Positions 26,059 to 32,000 of a stretch of 32,000 bases of DNA are shown here, piece by piece (positions within the stretch are counted from its first letter, which is position 1; each line of letters begins with the position of its first letter). The notes under the pieces are model-generated. The model was not told where the DNA came from, searched no databases, and saw only the letters and a list, made by a program, of their open reading frames with translations. The stretch lies in NCBI RefSeq assembly GCF_001457595.1, contig NZ_LN831039.1, forward strand, positions 3,420,001 to 3,452,000, written 5' to 3'. The translations under genes and the position numbers were made by a program. The DNA comes from Mycolicibacterium smegmatis. Its GTDB lineage: Bacteria > Actinomycetota > Actinomycetes > Mycobacteriales > Mycobacteriaceae.

Positions 26059-26961
26059 GTGGCGGTCAGCACCAATCGGCTCTCGTCCGCGATCACGGCA
26101 CGGCCTGTCGTCGCGACGGCAGTTGGTGCCATCGGAATTTCGTCATCCGGGTTGTTTGTCGCGTTGTCCGCCACATCGCCGGGCACCGCCTCGTTCTACC
26201 GGTGCCTGTTCGCTCTGCCGCTGCTCGCACCGCTGGCGGTGGCGGAATGGCGGGGCGGCGGCTCGCCGACCGCGGCTCAGCACGGATGGGCGGCGCTCGC
26301 AGGTGTGCTGTTCGCGGCTGATGCGCTGCTGTGGACCCAGGCGATCTACGAGGTCGGAGTGGGCCTGTCCGCGGTACTGGTCAACACCCAGGTCGTCATG
26401 GTGCCATTGCTGGCGCGGCTCATCGATCACGAGTCGCTCAGCGCGCGGTTCGTCGTGCTGCTCCCGGTGGTCGTGCTCGGCACCGTGTTGGCCGGCGGAG
26501 TCCTCGAATCGGGCGTGGTGGGCACCGCACCGGTGGCAGGCACCGCCCATTCCGTCCTTGCCGCCCTGTGTTATTCGATCTTCCTGTTCCTCCTGCGACG
26601 CGGAGGCCCGGACCGGCCTCTCGTGCAGTCCTACGTGACCATCATGGTGTCCGCGGCCGGGGCGGCTGTCGTCGGTGGTGTGCTCTGGAACGGCGTCACC
26701 CTGAGCCCGGGGTGGGATGCGGCGGGATGGCTGATGTTGACGGCGATCAACGGCCAGGTTCTCGGTTGGCTGCTGATCGCGCTGGGCAGCCCGTCGCTGC
26801 GTGTCGAGATCGGTTCGGCGGTCCTGCTGTTGACACCGGTGGCGGCCCTGGTGCTCGGCGCCGTCTTTCTCGCACAACAGCCGTCGCTTCTCCAGATCAT
26901 CGGATCGGCGATGATTCTCGCGTGTGCATACCTCGTCACGACAGGCCGTGCGAGCAGGTGA
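26059..26961 (+). CDS. EamA/DMT-family transporter
   Basis: 300 aa, ten hydrophobic segments, two EamA repeats; ...SVLAALCYSIFLFLLRR...VSAAGAAVVGG...LLLTPVAALVLGAVFLAQQPSLLQIIGSAMILACAYLVT. Confidence 0.88.
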   Translation: MAVSTNRLSSAITARPVVATAVGAIGISSSGLFVALSATSPGTASFYRCLFALPLLAPLAVAEWRGGGSPTAAQHGWAALAGVLFAADALLWTQAIYEVGVGLSAVLVNTQVVMVPLLARLIDHESLSARFVVLLPVVVLGTVLAGGVLESGVVGTAPVAGTAHSVLAALCYSIFLFLLRRGGPDRPLVQSYVTIMVSAAGAAVVGGVLWNGVTLSPGWDAAGWLMLTAINGQVLGWLLIALGSPSLRVEIGSAVLLLTPVAALVLGAVFLAQQPSLLQIIGSAMILACAYLVTTGRASR

Positions 26962-27039
26962 TCAGCGGACTCGGATGACGATCTTGCCGAACGCTCCCCG
27001 GTTCAGATGCTCGAACGCCGCGATGGCGACGAATTCGTA
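26962..27039 (-). pseudogene. C-terminal remnant of an MDR/quinone oxidoreductase gene
   Basis: Minus strand reads ...YEFVAIAAFEHLNRGAFGKIVIRVR-stop, a typical MDR C-terminus, without any upstream NADPH-binding domain in frame. Confidence 0.6.
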
Positions 27040-27193
27040 GGACGTGGTTGGACCTGTGACATCATCTGCCGGGCATATCCCAATGCGCGCAGTGCGTTTT
27101 GAAGTGTGTACCAGGCCCGCCGCGGTCCGGTTCGTGTGTTGATGATTTTGACGACTCCCGAAACGGTCGTGCAGCGGGGGCGAAAGGTGGTTG

Positions 27194-28150
27194 ATGATGA
27201 GGGCAGTGGTGATTGGAGGGGGTCGGTTCCGTCTGGAACAGCGTGCCGACCCGGTCGCAGGTCCCCACGAGGTGCTCGTCGAGGTTCGCGCCGCCGGTCT
27301 GAACGCGGCCGATCTGCAGCAGGCCCGCGGCGACTATCCCGCGCCCGCCGGGTGGCCGGCGGACGTTCCCGGCCTCGAGATCGCCGGTGAGGTCATCGAC
27401 GTCGGTGCCTCGGTCACCGGCGTCGCGGTGGCGGACCGGGTCATGGCGCTGGTGGGTGGCGGTGGGCACGCCGAGCGCCTGGCCGTGCCTGCGGATCTGT
27501 TGCTCCCGATCCCGCGTGATGTGTCGTGGGAGCAGGCGGGCGGATTCCCCGAGATCTTCAGCACAGCCTGGGACGCGCTGGTCACCCAGGCGCAGGTCGG
27601 CGTGGGGGATCGCGTGCTGATCACCGGTGCGGCCGGCGGTGTCGGATCGGCCATGGTGCAGATCGCCGCGGTCACGGGTGCGCACGTGGTGGCCAGCGTG
27701 CGACGTCCCGAGTTGCACGCCAAGGTGAAGTCCCTTGGCGGGGAATCACAATCCCTGGCGGTGGTGTCCCCGGATGACGAGGCCGACCACGGCCCGTTCG
27801 ACGTGATCGTCGAACTCGTCGGCGGTGCCGATTGTCTGCAGCGGGTGGAGCTCCTGCGCACCGGTGGCCGGTTCCTGATCGTGGGTGTCCACACCGGTGC
27901 CACGGCGTCGTTGCCGATGTTCACGCTGATGCTGGCACGGGCGAAACTGATCGGTACGACCATCCGGGGACGAAGCCACGCCGAAAAGGCCCTTATCGCA
28001 AGAACCATCGCCGGCAAAGTCGTGCCGTTGCTCGCCGATGGGCGGATCCGGGTGCCGATCGAGGCCACCTACGGTCTCGATGAATACGCGGATGCCTACG
28101 AACGCCTGGGCGCACCGGGCAAGTTCGGCAAGATCGTGCTGACCCCCTGA
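27194..28150 (+). CDS. Quinone oxidoreductase / MDR-family NADPH-dependent dehydrogenase
   Basis: MRAVVIGGGRFRLEQRADPVAGPHEVLVEVRAAGLNAADLQQARGDYP...VLITGAAGGVGSAMVQIAAVTGAHVVA...YERLGAPGKFGKIVLTP. Confidence 0.92.
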   Translation: MMRAVVIGGGRFRLEQRADPVAGPHEVLVEVRAAGLNAADLQQARGDYPAPAGWPADVPGLEIAGEVIDVGASVTGVAVADRVMALVGGGGHAERLAVPADLLLPIPRDVSWEQAGGFPEIFSTAWDALVTQAQVGVGDRVLITGAAGGVGSAMVQIAAVTGAHVVASVRRPELHAKVKSLGGESQSLAVVSPDDEADHGPFDVIVELVGGADCLQRVELLRTGGRFLIVGVHTGATASLPMFTLMLARAKLIGTTIRGRSHAEKALIARTIAGKVVPLLADGRIRVPIEATYGLDEYADAYERLGAPGKFGKIVLTP

Positions 28151-28194
28151 ATCGCGCGCGACCGCGTCGGGGCGTTGCGGTGAGCTGTTGGCGG

Positions 28195-29103
28195 TCAACG
28201 GCTCTGCGCCAAGGCCCGGTAGCCTTCCCACACACTCGGATACTCGGGCCGCCAGTTCGTCGCGGTGCGGAAGCGTTGGTTGCTGACCCGCAGTGATCTC
28301 GTGAGCGACGTACTGCGATCGCCCAGCAACAGCGCCGCCTGCCCGGGAACTGTCACCCAAGGCGCACTGTTCACCGCTGCGGCCATCGCGCGAACGTTCT
28401 GCTTCTTGGTCACGGGTTGGTCGTCGACGATGTTGTAGGTCCCCGCGTCGCACCCCAACGCGGCAACGACAGCCCGGGCGGCGTCGCCGAGGTGTATCGA
28501 TGACACGTACGCGTCGGCGCGGCCGGCCTGGAAACCGATGTGCCGGCGCGCGAGATCCATGATGAGATCGCTGTTCGACGCACCGGGGCCGTAGAACAGT
28601 CCGAACCTCAACACCACGGCATCTCGGCCCGAGCCGCCGAATCGGCGGGCATTCGACTCCGCGGCATGGTTGCCCACTGCAATCGGGAAGTGGTCGACCG
28701 CCGAGTCCTCGTCGATCCAGCGGTCGCCGTGATCGCGGTAGATCATCGCCACCGATTCCTGGATCACCCGTGCCACTCCCGCCGCCAGTGCGGCATCGAC
28801 GACAGCGGCCGATCCCTGGGTGCGGATCCGTTGGCATTCGGCCCAGGCCGACTTCAGCATGAACCGTTGCGGAGACGGCAGCGCAGAAGCCAGATTGACC
28901 ACGGCGTCGTGGCCCTGGAACGCCGTCGTGAGTGCGGCCGGATCGAACAGCGAGAGTTGAACCGGCCGCGCACCCTGGGCACGAAGGTCCGCAGCCTTGG
29001 ACTCACTTCGGGCCAGCGCCGTGACGTCATGGCCCGCCGTCACCAGCGCGGAAATCGCATGACTCCCGATCGCGCCGGTACCTCCCGTGACGAACACCCG
29101 CAT
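28195..29103 (-). CDS. NAD-dependent epimerase/dehydratase family protein
   Basis: MRVFVTGGTGAIGSHAISALVTAGHDVTALARSESKAADL and later YVSSIHLGDAARAVVAAL; ORF start extended to 29133, ATG at 29103 preferred. Confidence 0.9.
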   Translation of the reverse strand: MRVFVTGGTGAIGSHAISALVTAGHDVTALARSESKAADLRAQGARPVQLSLFDPAALTTAFQGHDAVVNLASALPSPQRFMLKSAWAECQRIRTQGSAAVVDAALAAGVARVIQESVAMIYRDHGDRWIDEDSAVDHFPIAVGNHAAESNARRFGGSGRDAVVLRFGLFYGPGASNSDLIMDLARRHIGFQAGRADAYVSSIHLGDAARAVVAALGCDAGTYNIVDDQPVTKKQNVRAMAAAVNSAPWVTVPGQAALLLGDRSTSLTRSLRVSNQRFRTATNWRPEYPSVWEGYRALAQSR

Positions 29104-29231
29104 CGCCCACCCCCAGTCGCGCCCCGACCCCATCTATACGCGCCACGCTCACGGGAGGGACGGAAACACGCCGCCGACGGCCCGTCGCACGCTAGTGTCT
29201 GGACGGCGCACGACCGGGTGAGGAGGCGGCC

Positions 29232-29720
29232 ATGGGTGGCTATCGAACAGTGATCGTGGGAACCGACGGTTCAACCTCGTCCATGCGAGCGGTCGAACGT
29301 GCGGGCGCAGTCGCCGCACAGGAGAACGCGAAGCTCATCATCGCGACTGCGCACTTCCATCACGGCGAGAAGGGCGGATGGGCGCGTCCGCCCGCGCCGG
29401 ATCAGGTACGAGATCGCCGTGCCGAGGACGCGCTCGGTCGCGAGGGCTATCGGATGCACGGTGACGCGGACGCGTACGAGGTCCTGCGGGACGCCCGAGA
29501 CGTCGCGTACGGCGCCGGTGCCCGCGACATCCATGAACGTGTGGTCGAGGGCGCACCCGTCGCGGCGCTGCTCACACTCGCCAAGGAGGTCGACGCCGAT
29601 CTGATCGTCGTCGGCGATGTGGGCCTGGACTCCGTGGCCGGTCGTCTGCTTGGCTCGGTGCCCGCCGAGATCGCCCGCAAGTCGAAGGTCGACATCCTCA
29701 TCGTGCACACCGCCAACTGA
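29232..29720 (+). CDS. Universal stress protein
   Basis: YRTVIVGTDGSTSSMRAVERAGAVAAQENAKLIIATA ... ADLIVVGDVGLDSVAGRLLGSVPAEIARKSKVDILIVHT (USP ATP-binding G-2x-G-9x-G(S/T)-like pattern). Confidence 0.92.
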   Translation: MGGYRTVIVGTDGSTSSMRAVERAGAVAAQENAKLIIATAHFHHGEKGGWARPPAPDQVRDRRAEDALGREGYRMHGDADAYEVLRDARDVAYGAGARDIHERVVEGAPVAALLTLAKEVDADLIVVGDVGLDSVAGRLLGSVPAEIARKSKVDILIVHTAN

Positions 29721-29758
29721 CAGCTCGGCGGTTCAGCGTGGCCGTCTAGCATGGCGCC

Positions 29759-31060
29759 ATGACTCTGCACGCCGACGCTGCCCATCCGGATCTGGTGACC
29801 GTCGAGGTGCCGACACATTGGTACAACCTCGCCGCCGAGTTGGATCAGCCGATCCCGCCGCACCTGCACCCGGGTACCAAGGAACCGGTGGGTCCCGACG
29901 ATCTGGCCGCGCTCTTCCCGAGCGGCCTGATCGCGCAGGAGGTGTCCACCGAGGCCTACATCGCCATCCCCGATCCGGTGCGCGAGATCTACTCGATGTG
30001 GCGGCCGTCGCCGCTGATCCGGGCGCGGCGGTTCGAAAAGGCGCTCAACACCGGGGCCCACATCTACGTCAAGTACGAGGGTGTCAGCCCGGTGGGTAGC
30101 CACAAGACGAATTCTGCTGTCGCGCAGGCCTATTACAACAGCGTGGACGGGGTCCGCAAGCTCACCACCGAGACCGGTGCCGGCCAGTGGGGCAGTGCGC
30201 TGGCGTTCGCCGGGGCGCAGTTCGGCCTGGAGATCGAGGTGTGGCAGGTGCGCGCGTCGTACGAGTCGAAGCCGTACCGCGGCCACCTCATCCGGACCTA
30301 CGGCGGTGTTGTCCATTCCAGCCCGTCGGAACTGACCGAATCGGGCCGCGCGATCTTGGCGAAGGATCCGAACACGACCGGCAGCCTCGGTATGGCGGTC
30401 AGTGAGGCCGTCGAGGTCGCCGCCGGGGATCCGGACACCCGTTACGCCCTCGGCAGTGTGCTCAACCATGTTGTGCTGCACCAGAGTGTCATCGGCCAGG
30501 AGGCCGTCGCGCAGTTGGCCGCAGTCGAACCGAACGGCGCAGACCTCGTGTTCGGTTGCGCGGGAGGAGGTTCCAACCTCGCCGGGTTGGCTTTCCCGTT
30601 CCTGCGTGAGAAGATCCACGGTCGTTCCGACCCGAAGGTGATCGCGGCCGAACCGGCGGCGTGCCCGTCGATCACCCAGGGGGAGTACCGCTACGACCAC
30701 GGTGATGTCGCAGGTCTCACGCCACTGCTGAAAATGCACACGCTCGGAATGGATTTCGTGCCCGATCCCATCCACGCGGGCGGTCTGCGCTATCACGGGA
30801 TGGCGCCCGCGCTCAGCCACACCGTCGAACTCGGCCTCGTCCAGGGCGTGGCCATCTCACAGCACGATGCGTTCTCCGCGGGTGTGCAGTTCGCGCGGAC
30901 GCAGGGCATCGTGCCGGCGCCGGAGTCGACGCATGCGATCGCCGCGGCCGCGGCGCACGTGGCAGACGATCCGTCGGAGCAGGTCGTCGTGATCGGTCTA
31001 TCCGGACACGGCCAACTCGACCTGCCGGCGTACGCCGAGTATCTCGACGGGAAGTTCTGA
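29759..31060 (+). CDS. TrpB-like pyridoxal-phosphate-dependent enzyme (TrpB2 class)
   Basis: VKYEGVSPVGSHKTNSAVAQAYYN, TTETGAGQWGSALAFAGAQFGLEIEVWQVRASYESKPYRG, CAGGGSNLAGLAFPFL; matches the TrpB2-type rather than canonical TrpB. Confidence 0.9.
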   Translation: MTLHADAAHPDLVTVEVPTHWYNLAAELDQPIPPHLHPGTKEPVGPDDLAALFPSGLIAQEVSTEAYIAIPDPVREIYSMWRPSPLIRARRFEKALNTGAHIYVKYEGVSPVGSHKTNSAVAQAYYNSVDGVRKLTTETGAGQWGSALAFAGAQFGLEIEVWQVRASYESKPYRGHLIRTYGGVVHSSPSELTESGRAILAKDPNTTGSLGMAVSEAVEVAAGDPDTRYALGSVLNHVVLHQSVIGQEAVAQLAAVEPNGADLVFGCAGGGSNLAGLAFPFLREKIHGRSDPKVIAAEPAACPSITQGEYRYDHGDVAGLTPLLKMHTLGMDFVPDPIHAGGLRYHGMAPALSHTVELGLVQGVAISQHDAFSAGVQFARTQGIVPAPESTHAIAAAAAHVADDPSEQVVVIGLSGHGQLDLPAYAEYLDGKF

Positions 31061-31097
31061 AGCCGGCGTCGGTGATCTCGCGCCTCGGAACTTCGGT

Positions 31098-31123
31098 GTT
31101 TCGGCGCCGTCAATACGAGGTAT
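31098..31123 (+). promoter_or_regulatory. SigF-type promoter candidate GTTT-N16-AGGTAT
   Basis: GTTT at 31098-31101, 16 nt spacer, AGGTAT at 31118-31123, 27 nt upstream of ATG 31151. Confidence 0.5.
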
Positions 31124-31150
31124 ATCGCTCAGCGTCCCCGAGCAGGAGGA

Positions 31151-31987
31151 ATGACGATGAGCGTGAGCGCCCGCCCGGTACACGGTGTCCTTGACAAAGC
31201 AACGGACAGTACAGCTTTCGAATACACGGCGCGGGCCGGTTTCGCCGCGAGTGGCGTTCTCCATCTGCTTGTCGCGTACATCATCCTGCGTCTCGCGTTC
31301 GGGTCGGGCGGTAACGCCGATCAATCGGGTGCGCTCGCGACGCTGGCCGCACAGCCCGGCGGAGCGGTGGTGCTGTGGGTGGCCGCGGCGGGTCTGGTCG
31401 CCCTCGGGCTGTGGCGCGTGGCAGAAGCGGTGATCGGATCGAAGCCGGGGGAGAGCCGCGGAGGAGGCAACAACGCGGCCTCGAATCCAGCCTGGAAGCG
31501 TGCCAAAGCGCTGGGGCTGGCGATCGTCAACTTCGCGATCGCGCTGTCGGCGGCACGTTTCGCCACGGGCGGCGGACAGTCCAGTGGCGAGCAGAACGCC
31601 GGACTGTCAGCCCAGCTGATGCAGACCGGCTGGGGCAAGCTCGTCCTCATCGCGGCCGGCCTCGGCGTGGCCGCTGTCGGCGCTTACCACATCTACAAAG
31701 GCGTGACGCAGAAGTTCTTCAAGGACCTGCGCGTGCGAGGGGGCACCGTGATCACCGCGGTCGGCGTCACCGGCTATGCGGCCAAGGGCGCCGTCCTCGC
31801 CGGTGCGGGACTGCTGGTGATCGTTGCGACACTGCGAGCCGACCCGGCCAAGGCGGCGGGACTCGACGCTGCGGTCAAGACTCTCGGCGAGGCGCCCTTC
31901 GGCAAGTTCCTGCTCGTGGCGGCCGCACTGGGGATCGCGGCTTTCGGACTGTACAACTTCGTTCGCAGCCGCCACGGCCGGATGTGA
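31151..31987 (+). CDS. DUF1206-type membrane protein
   Basis: 278 aa, repeated RAGFAASGVLHLLVAYIILRLAFG / WGKLVLIAAGLGVAAVGAYHIYKGVTQKFFKDL / FGKFLLVAAALGIAAFGLYNFVRSRHGR; SD AGGAGG. Confidence 0.85.
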   Translation: MTMSVSARPVHGVLDKATDSTAFEYTARAGFAASGVLHLLVAYIILRLAFGSGGNADQSGALATLAAQPGGAVVLWVAAAGLVALGLWRVAEAVIGSKPGESRGGGNNAASNPAWKRAKALGLAIVNFAIALSAARFATGGGQSSGEQNAGLSAQLMQTGWGKLVLIAAGLGVAAVGAYHIYKGVTQKFFKDLRVRGGTVITAVGVTGYAAKGAVLAGAGLLVIVATLRADPAKAAGLDAAVKTLGEAPFGKFLLVAAALGIAAFGLYNFVRSRHGRM

Positions 31988-32000
31988 CCTACCCGGTGTT

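Noticed and set aside
29447-30820. 457-aa minus-strand ORF
   Set aside because: Antisense shadow of the universal stress protein and TrpB-like genes.
1-32000. Search by eye for CRISPR arrays, IS elements, tRNA/rRNA, toxin-antitoxin or phage-defence genes
   Set aside because: No spaced direct repeats, transposase/integrase motifs, tRNA-like cloverleaf or defence-associated domains were recognised; a tRNAscan-SE, ISfinder and DefenseFinder run would be needed to exclude them formally.

Overview
This is a high-GC actinobacterial chromosomal window, probably Mycobacterium/Mycolicibacterium (inferred from gene content and codon bias). It holds about 26 supportable protein genes. No rRNA, tRNA, CRISPR, transposase or phage block was recognised. 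From left to right: an EamA transporter 3' end; a Ddn-like nitroreductase; a minus-strand polyamine-type ABC operon (potA/potD/potB/potC); an MFS efflux gene with an upstream MarR regulator in a chain with isocitrate/isopropylmalate-dehydrogenase-family, SAM-methyltransferase and alpha/beta-hydrolase genes; a signal-less protein with four degenerate LysM-like repeats; an alpha/beta hydrolase; and a large ATPase-LuxR regulator. These are followed by a regulator-dense stretch (XRE/MmyB-like, ECF sigma without an adjacent anti-sigma gene, and a winged-helix/alpha-beta-hydrolase fusion). This leads into a compact five-gene redox operon (NTF2-like DUF1348, MDR oxidoreductase, Gfo/Idh/MocA, LLM flavin oxidoreductase, SDR), then a PAF-acetylhydrolase-like enzyme, an aldehyde dehydrogenase, an EamA transporter, a truncated MDR remnant, an intact MDR oxidoreductase, an NAD-dependent epimerase, a universal stress protein, a TrpB-like enzyme and a DUF1206 membrane protein. 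No recognised defence or exotic system is present. The best leads for something undescribed are the 14-18.7 kb regulatory stretch with its structured intergenic element at 17146-17269, the redox operon at 18742-23050, and the tandem-LysM intracellular protein.
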